From contig CBDBMJ010000003.1 of the NCBI GenBank assembly GCA_965207455.1, positions 1 to 64,000 of the forward strand: a stretch of DNA of 64,000 bases, read 5' to 3'. Position numbers and translations under genes: made by a program. Within the stretch, counting starts at the first letter, position 1. Every line of letters begins with the position of its first letter. The notes below the pieces were generated by a model, which had not been told where the DNA came from, did no database searches, and was given only the letters and a program-made list of their open reading frames with translations. Below are positions 29,292-40,245 of this stretch, piece after piece. Source of the DNA: Bdellovibrionota bacterium (GTDB taxonomy: Bacteria; Bdellovibrionota; UBA1018; CAIPTA01; JAALKR01).

Positions 29292-31970
29292 TCATTTAAG
29301 GGCAGCTTGGGCAGCAGCCAGCCTAGCCGCGGGCACACGAAAGGGGCTACAGCTCACATAATCTAGACCCAGTTTGTGGCAAAAATAAATGGAGCGTACC
29401 TCACCCCCATGCTCGCCACAAATACCCAGCTTCATGTTTTTTTGCACGGAAAGAGCTTTTCTAACAGCAATTTTCATTAATTCCCCCACTCCATCTTCAT
29501 CGATGGAAACAAAAGGGTCTTCGGGGAAAATATTATTTTCCACATAGTCGCCAAGAAATTGTCCGGCATCGTCCCTAGAGATGCCAAAACAGGTTTGGGT
29601 AAGATCGTTGGTGCCAAAGCTCAAAAATTCTGCTTGCCCCAGCTTAGGGTCGGCAATTTTTTCTGCACTTAACGATGCTCGTGGAAGCTCAATCATCGCA
29701 CCAATGGAGTAGTTTATTTGCATGTTTTGTTCCTGAAAAACACTTTGAATTTCTTCTTCGCAATAATCCCGTATAAAACGAAGTTCTTTCCAGTGGGAAA
29801 TAAGCGGCACCATGATTTCTGGCTCCACTACTATTTTTTCCGTTCTTTTCAATTCGCAAGCAGCTTCCATAATGGCTCGAACCTGCATCCGATAAATTTC
29901 AGGGAAAGAAATTCCTAACCGACAACCCCGGTGACCCAACATGGGATTAAACTCCGTTAGCATTTCCTTTCGTCGGTGTAAATCTTTCTCGGAGACTTGC
30001 ATCTCTTTTGCCAAGACCTGCATATCTTCGGGGTTATTGGGTAAAAATTCATGGAGAGGAGGATCGAGTAAACGAATAGTCACAGGGAGATTTGCCATTT
30101 CCCGAAAAATACCTAGAAAATCTTTTCTCTGTATGGGCTGGATTTTTGCTAGGGCTAGTTCACGAGATTTTCTATCACTGGCAAGAATTGTTTGGCGCAT
30201 ACTCATAATACGGTCCTTTTCAAAAAACATATGTTCTGTACGACACAAACCAATCCCCTCGGCACCAAAACCCCTAGCCACCCTTGCGTCCAATGGGGAA
30301 TCTCCGTTGGCTCGTACTTTTAGGGTGCGCACTTCGTCCGCCCAAGTCATAAAGCGGTGGAAGTCTGGGGGAGGGGTGGGCAATATGGTGCTCACCATTC
30401 CATCAATAATTTTTCCTGTGGCACCCTCTATGGTGAGAACGTCGCCCTCGTGAAATGTTTTATGACCAATAGTGAGCGTTCGGTTCTCGTAGGAAATAAT
30501 CAATTCGGTGCAACCAGCAATGCAAGGTTTGCCCATACTTCGTGCCACAACGGCTGCATGACTGGTCATTCCTCCCCGAGCCGTTACAATCCCTTCCGCA
30601 ACGTTCATGCCATGAATATCTTCAGGCGACGTTTCTATTCGCACAAGCAAAACCTTTTCTTTTTTATCTCTCACTAATGTTTCGGCTCTGTCCGGGTGAA
30701 AAACAATTTTTCCACTGGCAGCACCAGGAGAGGCAGGCAAGCCCTTAGCCAACACCTTATACTGAGTCTTGGGATCGAGCGCTGGATGTAAAAGCTGATC
30801 GATCTGTTCTGTGGTCACACGAAAAAGCGCCTCTCGCTTGGATATAATTTTTTCCTCTACCATGTCCACCGCAATTTTAATGGCTGCCGCAGCGGTTCGC
30901 TTCCCCACCCTCGTCTGGAGCAAAAAAAGTTTATTTTTTTGAATGGTAAACTCTATGTCCTGCATGTCCTTATAATGAAGCTCCAGTTTTTTATACAGCA
31001 CCACAAGCTCGTTGTAAATTTTAGGCATGGCAGAGGATAGAGTTACCTTAGCATCTGATACAGCACTCTCCGGATTTATGGGAAGAGGAGTACGAGTGCC
31101 TGCTACCACATCCTCTCCCTGTGCATTGATTAAAAACTCTCCAAAGAATTTATTTTCTCCCGTGGACGGATTCCTAGTAAAAGCCACACCCGTGGCACTG
31201 TCTTCACCCATATTTCCATACACCATGGCCTGTATATTTACTGCCGTCCCAATGGTGTGAGAAATATTATGTATCTTCCGATAAGTAATGGCTCGTGAGT
31301 TTTGCCAACTGGAAAATACGGCACGCATACTCTCCCATAACTGCTCCTTGGGATCTTTGGGAAATACCATTCCACTATGATCTAAAATTATTCCCTTAAA
31401 CGTCTCCACCAAAGTCTTTAATTGCTCCCAACGTAAGTCGGTATCTTCGCTCACCTCCGATTGAACTTTCATTTCTTCAATGGCATGTTCAAAAAGACTG
31501 GGCGGCACACCTAGTACCACGTCTCCATACATTTGCACAAACCTACGGTAGGAGTCGTAGGCAAAGCGCGGGTTTTGAGACTGCTGTGCAAGCCCTTGCA
31601 CAGTTTCGTCGTTGAGACCAAGGTTTAGGACTGTATCCATCATTCCCGGCATGGAAACAGGAGCTCCACTGCGCACACTCACTAGTAGAGGATTTTTCGG
31701 ATCTCCAAAACGGGCACTCGTTTTACCCATGGTACTTTCTATTTTTTTTATGTTTTCCTCTATCAATGCAGGCATGTAGGAAGGAAGATCTTTTTTGTTC
31801 TCATAAAAATAACTACAAACCTGAGTAGAAACCGTAAAACCCGGAGGAACGGGAAAACCCATTCGTACCATCTCAGAAAGATTCGCTCCCTTTCCACCCA
31901 GTAGCTCAGAGGGCGTAAGGTCTTTGTGGTCGAAAGGCTCTCCAAAAAAATACACACTCTTTATTGCCAT
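29292..31970 (-). CDS. ppdK: Pyruvate, phosphate dikinase (intact)
   Basis: 892 aa; [53 protein letters not shown]. Confidence 0.97.
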   Translation of the reverse strand: MAIKSVYFFGEPFDHKDLTPSELLGGKGANLSEMVRMGFPVPPGFTVSTQVCSYFYENKKDLPSYMPALIEENIKKIESTMGKTSARFGDPKNPLLVSVRSGAPVSMPGMMDTVLNLGLNDETVQGLAQQSQNPRFAYDSYRRFVQMYGDVVLGVPPSLFEHAIEEMKVQSEVSEDTDLRWEQLKTLVETFKGIILDHSGMVFPKDPKEQLWESMRAVFSSWQNSRAITYRKIHNISHTIGTAVNIQAMVYGNMGEDSATGVAFTRNPSTGENKFFGEFLINAQGEDVVAGTRTPLPINPESAVSDAKVTLSSAMPKIYNELVVLYKKLELHYKDMQDIEFTIQKNKLFLLQTRVGKRTAAAAIKIAVDMVEEKIISKREALFRVTTEQIDQLLHPALDPKTQYKVLAKGLPASPGAASGKIVFHPDRAETLVRDKKEKVLLVRIETSPEDIHGMNVAEGIVTARGGMTSHAAVVARSMGKPCIAGCTELIISYENRTLTIGHKTFHEGDVLTIEGATGKIIDGMVSTILPTPPPDFHRFMTWADEVRTLKVRANGDSPLDARVARGFGAEGIGLCRTEHMFFEKDRIMSMRQTILASDRKSRELALAKIQPIQRKDFLGIFREMANLPVTIRLLDPPLHEFLPNNPEDMQVLAKEMQVSEKDLHRRKEMLTEFNPMLGHRGCRLGISFPEIYRMQVRAIMEAACELKRTEKIVVEPEIMVPLISHWKELRFIRDYCEEEIQSVFQEQNMQINYSIGAMIELPRASLSAEKIADPKLGQAEFLSFGTNDLTQTCFGISRDDAGQFLGDYVENNIFPEDPFVSIDEDGVGELMKIAVRKALSVQKNMKLGICGEHGGEVRSIYFCHKLGLDYVSCSPFRVPAARLAAAQAALK

Positions 31971-33337
31971 TTTTTCAAACCCTCCTGAATATACTTACTC
32001 ACCTGAGAAATAGACACCCTCTCTTGCTTGGTTGTATCTCGATGGCGAATGGTTACACATTGGTCTTGAATACTGTCGTAATCGTAAGTTACACAATAGG
32101 GCGTTGCAATCTCCTCTTGCCTACGGTAACGCTTTCCAATACTGCCCGTAATATCAAAATCTGTGCGAAAATCCTTACGAATATCTTGATAGAGCTTCCT
32201 AGCAGGCTCTAAAAGCTCCGGCTTTTTTTGCAAAGGAAAAACAGCCGCTTTATAGGGAGAAAGCCTCGGATGCAACTGCAATACCACCCGTTCGTCGTTA
32301 AATCGATAGGCGTCGGCCAAAATAGCCAGAACCACCCGGTCACAACCAACTGCCGTCTCAATTACATAAGGTATAAATTTCTCGTCACCCCCATTGTTTA
32401 AATTTTTTCCCGAAAACTCCATGTGACGACTAAGATCAAAGTCCGTACGATTATGAATCCCCTCCAACTCCTTCCAACCAAATGGAAACTCATACTGTAT
32501 ATCAAATGCCTTCTTACAATAATGGGCCAACTCCCCAGAACCGTGCTCATGAAAACGTAACTTTTCACTGCGCACACCAAGGCTGTTATGCCACGCCATT
32601 CGCTGAGACTTCCATTTGTCGAAATGCTCCCCATCTTCCTTAGGATGAATAAAATACTGCATCTCCATCTGCTCAAACTCGCGCATACGGAAAATAAAAT
32701 TTCCCGGCGTGATTTCATTCCGAAAAGACTTGCCAATTTGGGCAATACCAAACGGAATTTTTCGACGACAACTCTGCTGTACGTTCACAAAATTCACAAA
32801 AATACCCTGAGCTGTTTCAGGACGGAAATACACCATATTGGAAGGATCCTCAATGGCACCCATATGGGAACGAAACATCATATTAAACAAACGGGGATCA
32901 GTGAGACTCTCCTTCGTACCACACCTCGGACAAGCCAATCCCTTCAATAACTCCTTCATCTCCTCCATCGAAGGAACGGTCCCACTTGCTTCCTCTATCT
33001 TTGCTATGGGCTCCAAGGAATCCGCCCGAAAACGGGACTTGCATTGCTTACAATCCACTAAAGGATCGTTGAAATTAGCCACATGACCACTTGCCTCCCA
33101 CACCCTGGGATGCATGAGAATGGCAGAATCTATCCCCTCCACATCTTCCCGATCATAGACCATGGCACTCCACCAAGCCTGCTTCACTGCTTGCTTTATC
33201 TCCACCCCAAGAGGACCATAATCCCAACAGGAATTTAAACCTCCATATATCTCGCTGGAAGGAAAGATAAACCCCCGACGCTTACATAAAGACACAAGAG
33301 ATTGCATGTCCGAAAGATTTTTTAGACTGTCCATCAT
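31961..33337 (-). CDS. glyQS: Glycine--tRNA ligase, homodimeric (alpha2) type
   Basis: [62 protein letters not shown]. Confidence 0.95.
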   Translation of the reverse strand: MMDSLKNLSDMQSLVSLCKRRGFIFPSSEIYGGLNSCWDYGPLGVEIKQAVKQAWWSAMVYDREDVEGIDSAILMHPRVWEASGHVANFNDPLVDCKQCKSRFRADSLEPIAKIEEASGTVPSMEEMKELLKGLACPRCGTKESLTDPRLFNMMFRSHMGAIEDPSNMVYFRPETAQGIFVNFVNVQQSCRRKIPFGIAQIGKSFRNEITPGNFIFRMREFEQMEMQYFIHPKEDGEHFDKWKSQRMAWHNSLGVRSEKLRFHEHGSGELAHYCKKAFDIQYEFPFGWKELEGIHNRTDFDLSRHMEFSGKNLNNGGDEKFIPYVIETAVGCDRVVLAILADAYRFNDERVVLQLHPRLSPYKAAVFPLQKKPELLEPARKLYQDIRKDFRTDFDITGSIGKRYRRQEEIATPYCVTYDYDSIQDQCVTIRHRDTTKQERVSISQVSKYIQEGLKKWQ

Positions 33338-33543
33338 TGTTGGCTTGGTTTTACCATAAAAAGAACCATAGTTGGGTTGAACTTCGACTTAATGACTGCT
33401 GGTTCCGCTAATTCCCCCAACCTAACTATCTGATCACGTTCAGATCACGCTGAAATATCCCCTCAAAGTGTCCGAAGCTATTTTTCAACAGCCAATTTAG
33501 CGCAGCATAATAATATCAGCGCAATGCATAATTAAAAAATATA

Positions 33544-33984
33544 GTGATATTAGGGAGCTTAGTAGTAGCTCTATGTTCAAATGTTGCTTTAGCAGCAGAT
33601 ACTGATAAGAAATTAGTGCTCAATTGTGGTGGTTTAACTCAACCGAGTTTTTCCCAAAGTACACTGCAGTTCACTTATAATTCAGAGAGAGATATGACTA
33701 GGGCCAATAGTTTAACGTTCCAGAAGCATGATGGTAATCATGCTGTTGAAATGTATAGTAAGTGTTATGTAGTATGGTCAGACCCTACAAGGGAAGTGCT
33801 ACCAGTACCTGTATCCATGAATTGTTACGATGCGAAAGAAAACAGAGGGATTCAGGTAACAAAGACAAAAAGACAGGAAAATTCCCTTAATCTAGCTCTA
33901 AGACAGTATTCATATGATTCCAATAGTGGCGAGAAAACACTTCAAGAAAATTTTGGTTATTGCCAAGAAGTTACAGCAGAATAA
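33544..33984 (+). CDS. Hypothetical secreted protein (4 Cys in mature part)
   Basis: 146-aa ORF, GTG start, signal-like N-terminus ending VALA|ADT. Confidence 0.65.
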   Translation: MILGSLVVALCSNVALAADTDKKLVLNCGGLTQPSFSQSTLQFTYNSERDMTRANSLTFQKHDGNHAVEMYSKCYVVWSDPTREVLPVPVSMNCYDAKENRGIQVTKTKRQENSLNLALRQYSYDSNSGEKTLQENFGYCQEVTAE

Positions 33985-34179
33985 ACACTGAATATATCTT
34001 TCGATAATTTGTCTTTAAATAAAATCAAGGGAAGGAGAAATTCTTCTCCCCTTGATTTTTTTGTTCTTAACTCCATTTTCACTAGACTCTCTTTTTCAGA
34101 AAAAATCACACCGAAAATCACACCAAAAGTGAAATCGGTAAAAAATAAATCAATAATTTCAATGAACTTACAAAGAATC

Positions 34180-34265
34180 TGGTGGAGGGAGAAGGATTCG
34201 AACCTTCGAAGGCGTACGCCGTCAGATTTACAGTCTGATCCCTTTGGCCGCTTGGGTATCCCTCC
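34180..34265 (-). tRNA. tRNA-Tyr(GTA)
   Basis: GGAGGGATACCCAAGCGGCC...CTGTAAA...long variable arm...GGTTCGAATCC...CCCTCCACCA. Confidence 0.97.
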
Positions 34266-34460
34266 GCATAAAGCAAGTTCTGAAATGCTCAATACACTCT
34301 TATTACCTAAAAAATTTATCATAGCAAGATTATCACACAATAATAAAAAAGATTCGTTTCGACATCGCCTCACTAACCCTTCTTCTACTTTTTTCCATGA
34401 TTATGCTGCACGTTACACTGTATATTAGTATATTATAAATTTTGAACGCTTGAGGAAAAG

Positions 34461-34536
34461 GCCGGCGTAGCTCAGGGGCCAGAGCGACGCATTTGTAATG
34501 CGTTGGTCGGGGGTTCAAATCCCTCCGCCGGCTCCA
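34461..34536 (+). tRNA. tRNA-Thr(TGT)
   Basis: GCCGGCG acceptor stem, ACGCA-TTTGTAA-TGCGT anticodon arm, GGTTCAAATCC, encoded CCA. Confidence 0.95.
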
Positions 34537-34648
34537 TTCAAGACGACAAAATAGAAAAAGATTAAAGCCAATAAAAACAACATTCTTGTGAGAAAGCACA
34601 TCAATCAAGTTAGGAGACCCTTTTAATGTGTTTAGAATAATTTACGAC

Positions 34649-34951
34649 TTAGTCGCCGGCGTAGGGATCACTATCAGATCTATCAATGGACTTATCTTCT
34701 TGATCTTTTTTATCACCACTGCCTTGTTCATCGAGGACATTAGTATTATCTTCTCTAGCTTCCGGACGGGTATTTTGCTTATGCCATATACCAAGGGCAA
34801 TTACTCCAGCGTAAGCAATAGCCGCAGCAATTGCAAAAGTGGCTAGTAGGGGTTCTGCACGAGCATCTTTTGTGCCTGTTAATGTTATGGAGAGTGCAAA
34901 TATCATTGCCATTACCATTGTTACTATTTTTTTATTTCTTCGATTTTTCAT
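34649..34951 (-). CDS. Small exported/membrane protein, cassette A (constant leader + hydrophobic helix + acidic tail)
   Basis: 100 aa; GAAGGAG RBS; leader MKNRRNKKIVT...DARA|EP shared with 36244-36531. Confidence 0.75.
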   Translation of the reverse strand: MKNRRNKKIVTMVMAMIFALSITLTGTKDARAEPLLATFAIAAAIAYAGVIALGIWHKQNTRPEAREDNTNVLDEQGSGDKKDQEDKSIDRSDSDPYAGD

Positions 34952-35075
34952 TATTTACTCCTTCTGAAAGACTTAGGTATCTCTACCCTCTTCTTTCTCT
35001 TAATTTAAAGCAGCACTTATTGGGAGGTTGCTCTTTTTCCCATTGATGAAACCTTTCATCAATTATATTTGTTAC

Positions 35076-35091
35076 TGCAAGGGACGTGCCA
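35076..35091 (-). promoter_or_regulatory. sigma54 (-24/-12) promoter of cassette A
   Basis: TGGCAC-GTCCC-TTGCA on the minus strand, an exact match to TGGCAC-N5-TTGCW, 125 bp upstream of the ATG. Confidence 0.75.
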
Positions 35092-35400
35092 AAATACGCC
35101 AAAAAAGGTATTTTTTTAAAAAGCTCTTTATTTTCAGGCATTTACATGTTGCTCTTGGGGCTTGCATGTAGAGGAACTATAGAAAAAGAAGCCCCTAAAT
35201 TGACTAAAAATTAAACAGTTGTAGAGAATATTTGCAGTCGTTCCTATAAATTTCTGTGCTGAATAGGCTGGAAAAGGGGAGTTTAGTGCTTCTGCCTACG
35301 CCCCTTAGGGGGAAGAGGCATCAGCAACTAGATTGCGAAGCTCTCTTTTAAGTAGATACCCCTCCTTTCCCACGCATGAGATAAGCAAGGACATTTCAGG

Positions 35401-35625
35401 CTAGGTCACCAATGCAGCTTGAAAGGCTCTATTTGCCCATTCTGGGTCAAATTTCTCACTTATGATGATGATGGGGGCTTCCACTCCACCTTTAAGAGCT
35501 GCCTTCGGTACTCTCTGAGTCGCACAAGGCAGTCCTTGGTTTCGAGGCAGCCTTCGAGTGCGGAGCTGCTGCTCAGTCCGAGGTCGAGCAGTATGGTGAT
35601 GATTATTAGTTTGCAGTCTGTACAT
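35401..35625 (-). pseudogene. Possible frameshifted response-regulator receiver-like remnant (second copy about 38809-39033)
   Basis: AAGGAGG RBS + ATG; +1 frame reads ILLDLGLSSSSALEG..LVRLREY, ATG frame later reads PIIIISEKFDPEWANRAFQAA. Confidence 0.35.
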
Positions 35626-35700
35626 AATTTCCTCCTTATTGTTTTGTTTTAAAAAAATGGGAGACTCTAACAAGCAAAGATGCAACCGACCTTTTTGCTA

Positions 35701-35727
35701 ATGTGTGATTATTAAATAATCACACAT
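35701..35727. promoter_or_regulatory. Perfect 12-bp inverted repeat (protein-binding site?); copy at 39109-39135
   Basis: ATGTGTGATTAT-TAA-ATAATCACACAT followed by a further AATCACAC. Confidence 0.45.
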
Positions 35728-35896
35728 GAGAATCACACAAGAATCATAAAACACCCCTGATTTGGGCTGATTTTACCTGATTTCGTGTGAATTCACCTTC
35801 TATGAACTTTCTTTATTATCTAACCAAAGTTGTTGTTTTTATTCTGTTTTTTCTATCTTTTCTGAACTATCTGATTTTGTTAAAAATGACGCTATG

Positions 35897-35926
35897 TGAT
35901 GGTCGGGGCGGCAGGATTTAACCTAC
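35897..35926 (-). repeat. tRNA-Pro 3'-end duplicate (att-like site)
   Basis: TGATGGTCGGGGCGGCAGGATTT-AACCTAC equals 40579-40609 with a 1-nt deletion. Confidence 0.85.
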
Positions 35927-36168
35927 TACACAAAATCCCCTCCAGGGATTTCGTTGCGTAGGCTCCCCTGCGCGCTTAGAAAAATCATCCAAAATATTGA
36001 GGCAAAAGAGCCTTGTTGCGTAATACTTTGTAAAAATTGATTTGAGGGTATAGAGGGTCTACCCGCATGTCCTTTAGGTAATAGCGGAGGAGTCTACTGC
36101 AACCGCTAATTCCCCCACTTTAACCATATGATCACGCTTGAATCACGCAGAAATTAAATTTTAGGCAC

Positions 36169-36195
36169 AAAAAAACCCTCTAAAGAGGGCTTTTT
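36169..36195 (-). terminator. Rho-independent terminator after cassette B gene (possibly bidirectional)
   Basis: AAAAAAA-CCCTC-TAAA-GAGGG-CTTTTT. Confidence 0.7.
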
Positions 36196-36243
36196 ATATA
36201 TCAAGATAATTGTATTAAACTATGCTTTAGCTGCCATTATCAG

Positions 36244-36531
36244 TTAGTCTGCTTCAGCGGCGCGGGAATCAGGGGAAGGGCTGTCAGATTCATCAGATTG
36301 CTGATGATCAAGGCGACTCTCTTGTTCCTTGAGGACAGCAGCATTACCTCCATCTCTCTTCTTTATCTCAATAGCGGTAATTATTACCATTAAAGTACCA
36401 ATCGCAATTCCTGCTAGAGTGAGTGTTAGGGGTTCTGCACGAGCATCTTTTGTGCCTGTTAATGTTATGGAGAGTGCAAATATCATTGCCATTACCATTG
36501 TTACTATTTTTTTATTTCTTCGATTTTTCAT
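36244..36531 (-). CDS. Small exported/membrane protein, cassette B
   Basis: 95 aa; first 35 residues identical to cassette A, remainder different but same hydrophobic-then-acidic layout. Confidence 0.75.
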   Translation of the reverse strand: MKNRRNKKIVTMVMAMIFALSITLTGTKDARAEPLTLTLAGIAIGTLMVIITAIEIKKRDGGNAAVLKEQESRLDHQQSDESDSPSPDSRAAEAD

Positions 36532-36655
36532 TATTTACTCCTTCTGAAAGACTTAGGTATCTCTACCCTCTTCTTTCTCTTAATTTAAAGCAGCACTTAT
36601 TGGGAGGTTGCTCTTTTTCCCATTGATGAAACCTTTCATCAATTATATTTGTTAC

Positions 36656-36671
36656 TGCAAGGGACGTGCCA
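36656..36671 (-). promoter_or_regulatory. sigma54 (-24/-12) promoter of cassette B
   Basis: Same TGGCACGTCCCTTGCA. Confidence 0.7.
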
Positions 36672-36799
36672 AAATACGCCAAAAAAGGTATTTTTTTAAA
36701 AAGCTCTTTATTTTCAGGCATTTACATGTTGCTCTTGGGGCTTGCATGTAGAGGAACTATAGAAAAAGAAGCCCCTAAATTGACTAAAAATTAAACAGT

Positions 36800-38611
36800 T
36801 GTCATTGCACAGCGATTCTGTCGTATAACTACACAGGGAAAATGTCGGCGCATATGCGTCAAAAAGGGGCTTGATTTCTAGTAAAACAGGCTCTCAAGAC
36901 AGTATTCACAGCTGTTTCCTGGCTCTTAGAGAGCCGTACTTTGCTTCTAACGGTCTATCTTCTTTTTTGGGATCCTAGGTGGCAGTGGTCTGCTCTTTTT
37001 AAGAGCTGCACGCGTTCTAAGGAGTATTGTCTGCATATTAAACTTTAGCCATATACGCCGGATGCTCCCATACTGTACATTTAGTTGACACTCTTTCTTT
37101 AAATGCAAGAATAATTGGCTTTGCCCTAGGTAGGGATTCTTCAAAGAAAAATCAATTACTATTCTCTCTATGCTCCTTATGCTTTTGGAGGATTGATTTT
37201 TATTGTAATTCTTTTTTAAAGCACCGGCTCCTTTTTCTTTTAAAATTTTTCTATTGTTATAAATAGTTTGCCTTGAGCAGCCTGACTGTCTGGCTGCCTC
37301 TGATACATTTTGAATCTTGCTTGCAAGCTCAATAATCTCTAGCTTTCTTTTTGCCTCCATGTCTTTTGCAGAAGGTTTTGAAGGTTCAGTTACCTTAGAA
37401 ACTATTAATTTCTTGCCTGCAAAATGCGCTGCAATTTTTCCTCTAGCATTTATTCGGATTTCAATTTCTTGTTTAGCAATGGAATGTCTTAACTTGGATT
37501 CTAATAAATAGATTTTATTCCCATAACTAAAGGTATGATCATTTCTAATCTTCCGATACTCTTTCATAACAAAAATACCACTGAGATTTGTGGATAATGG
37601 AACCGGGGTATATTCAGATATAGGGTTATCTGGTTCCACAATGCAATTTTTCTGCCAATAGGAAGGAAGAAATTTTTTTTGAAAAAACCTGTTTGCTCCT
37701 CCTATATTCCGAATGCCAGCCAATCTTAGCTCTGGAATTAATCTATCTTGAAGTGTATGGAAAACTCTTTCTATTCGACCTTTCCCTTGAGGTGAATTTG
37801 CAAAAATAATTTCAATGCCTAACTCCTCACAAGCTCTCTTTACTTGCGAGAAATTACCCCGCTTTTGACCTCCAAAGAGACCTGCTCTATCAACATACAG
37901 CATTTTAAAAATTCCCCTTTCCTTAATAACTTCTTTTAAGACTTGCAAGCAACCAAAACTTGTTTCTGAAGGAAAGAATTTACCAAAAACCTCTCCATCA
38001 GCATCATCAATAGTAGCGATCAAGCAAGATTTAGAATCTCCGAACCATTTATGTGTACTACCATCCATCTGCAACATGAGACCAGTGCATGCCATACGCT
38101 CCCTTCTTTTTCTAAGTTTAGAGCGTCTTTTTTTTTCATTTTCACATGATGTATTTCATGTGCCCACCTTCGAAGCGTTTCTTTATTTATAAAAACACCT
38201 TCATCACTTTTCAGCTTTTCTCTAAGATGAGTTAGATTAAAATCAAAATATTTTATTTTAATTAAATCTTCAACTTTAGTTCTTACCGAGTCAGCGGTCT
38301 TATTGATAGGATCGCGACCTCTATTTTTATGCAGCAAATGCAAAGATCCTTTTTCTTTATGTAATCTTAAATATCGTTCAATCGTTCTTATAGATCTATT
38401 TAGAAGTTTTGAGGCATTCGGGATTGTTATTTTGCCATCACAAACCTTTGAGATTGTATCCATTTTTAGTTGATCATAACTTGTTATTCTTATCATAATA
38501 CTGCGCCCTCCTATTTATTTGTAAAATCAGAAGTACAGCTTATGAATAGCGCAGTGCGCCCGTCAAATTCCCTGTGTAGTTATGATACGACAGAATCGCT
38601 GTGTAATTACA
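36800..38611 (-). mobile_element. IS1202-like (ISNCY/IS481-related) insertion sequence, 1812 bp, 16-bp target duplication
   Basis: TGT...ACA ends with long imperfect IRs (TGTcATTgCACAGCGATTCTGTCGTAT...); CTAAAAATTAAACAGT duplicated at 36784-36799 and 38612-38627; empty site at 35204-35219. Confidence 0.85.
36947..38496 (-). CDS. ISNCY/IS1202-like transposase split by a -1 frameshift in an A9 run (38128-38136)
   Basis: ORFs 38020-38496 (HTH) and 36947-38095 (LQMDGSTHKWF, TIDDA, LYVDRAG, ANSPQGKGRIERVFHTLQDRL) join as ...MKKK/RRSKLRKRRERMAC. Confidence 0.8.
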
Positions 38612-39304
38612 CTAAAAATTAAACAGTTGTAGAGAATATTTGCAGTCGTTCCTATAAATTTCTGTGCTGAATAGGCTGGAAAAGGGGAGTTTAGTGCTTC
38701 TGCCTACGCCCCTTAGGGGGAAGAGGCATCAGCAACTAGATTGCGAAGCTCTCTTTTAAGTAGATACCCCTCCTTTCCCACGCATGAGATAAGCAAGGAC
38801 ATTTCAGGCTAGGTCACCAATGCAGCTTGAAAGGCTCTATTTGCCCATTCTGGGTCAAATTTCTCACTTATGATGATGATGGGGGCTTCCACTCCACCTT
38901 TAAGAGCTGCCTGCGGTACTCTCTGAGTCGCACAAGGCAATCCTTGGTTTCAAGGCAGCCCTCAAGTGCGGAGCTGCTACTCAGTCCGAGGTCGAGCAGT
39001 ATGGTGATGATTATTAGTTTGCAGTCTGTACATAATTTCCTCCTTATTGTTTTGTTTTAAAAAAATGGGAGACTCTAACAAGCAAAGATGCAACCGACCT
39101 TTTTGCTAATGTGTGATTATTAAATAATCACACATGAGAATCACACAAGAATCATAAAACACCCCTGATTTGGGCTGATTTTACCTGATTTCGTGTGAAT
39201 TCACCTTCTACGAACTTTCTTTATTATCTAACCAAAGTTGTTGTTTTTATTCTGTTTTTTCTATCTTTTCTGAACTATCTGATTTTGTTAAAAATGACGC
39301 TATG

Positions 39305-39334
39305 TGATGGTCGGGGCGGCAGGATTTAACCTAC
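39305..39334 (-). repeat. tRNA-Pro 3'-end duplicate (att-like site)
   Basis: Identical to 35897-35926. Confidence 0.85.
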
Positions 39335-39566
39335 TACACAAAATCCCCTCCAGGGATTTCGGGCTTCCCTGCGCACTTAGAAAAATTCCAAAATATTGAG
39401 GCAAAAGAGCCTTGTTGCGTAATACTTTGTAAAAATTGATTTGAGGGTATAGAGGGCCTACCCGCTGTCCTTTAGGTAATAGCGGAGGAGTCTACTGCAA
39501 CCGCTAATTCCCCCACTTTAACCATATGATCACGCTTGAATCACGCAGAAATTAAATTTTAGGCAC

Positions 39567-39593
39567 AAAAAAACCCTCTAAAGAGGGCTTTTT
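39567..39593 (-). terminator. Rho-independent terminator after cassette C gene
   Basis: Same hairpin as 36169-36195. Confidence 0.7.
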
Positions 39594-39624
39594 ATATATC
39601 AAGATAATTGTATTAAACTATGGT

Positions 39625-40245
39625 TTATCTGCCATCAATTACTTCTACTTCATCGGTAGTGAAATCAGCTCCAAGCATTTCAGAAAGTCTTTTCTCATTT
39701 TTTGTTGTATAATCCGAGCTAAAAGAGCGATACATTCGATTAGCTGTATCAGTTAAACTAACTATATCACGACCCGTTTCTTCAGCTATTTTTTGTACCA
39801 AATTTATTAGTTTCTCTTCCACCTCTAAAATCGATATATCTTTATTTAAGCTTGCTATTTTAACCCTCCAATTCGATTGATTCAAGCTTTTATCCTTCTT
39901 TGCTTGCTCTCCATACAAACGAAATTGATTATATTCTCGAACAGCAGTATCCCAGTCAATCTCACTGAGAAGACTCTTGCTAAGGACTGCTCTATCGTAA
40001 AAGAATCTACCTCTTTCATGTAATTTGTCTATTCTCTGGTTAAATTCTCTCTCATCTTTATTCGACTGACCCAGCACTTCATCACGCTCAATCTTCTTTT
40101 CGCTCAGAACCTCTAGAAGCCGTACATTCCTCTTTTGCACTATAGTCATTTCCTCTGCTTGCACTGGTTGAGAATATCCTGTTAGTGTTATGGCAAGAAC
40201 CCCTGCTATCATTGTTACTATTTTTTTATTTCTTCGATTTTTCAT
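39625..40245 (-). CDS. Secreted helical/coiled-coil hypothetical protein, cassette C
   Basis: 206 aa; shares RBS, 5' UTR and MKNRRNKKIVTM with cassettes A/B; signal ending VQA|EE. Confidence 0.75.
   Translation of the reverse strand: MKNRRNKKIVTMIAGVLAITLTGYSQPVQAEEMTIVQKRNVRLLEVLSEKKIERDEVLGQSNKDEREFNQRIDKLHERGRFFYDRAVLSKSLLSEIDWDTAVREYNQFRLYGEQAKKDKSLNQSNWRVKIASLNKDISILEVEEKLINLVQKIAEETGRDIVSLTDTANRMYRSFSSDYTTKNEKRLSEMLGADFTTDEVEVIDGR

Larger units (their letters stand above)
34848..36233. repeat. About 1.4-kb duplicated cassette backbone; second copy about 36428-39622, interrupted by IS
   Basis: 34848-35219 matches 36428-36799; 35204-36233 matches 38612-39622 with few differences. Confidence 0.9.

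Noticed and set aside
33957..34608. ORFs of 138, 139 and 91 aa
   Set aside because: They overlap tRNA-Tyr and tRNA-Thr; spurious.
34649..40245. Integron cassette array
   Set aside because: No IntI gene and no attC-like RYYYAAC...GTTRRRY sites noticed; boundaries are tRNA-Pro 3' copies instead.
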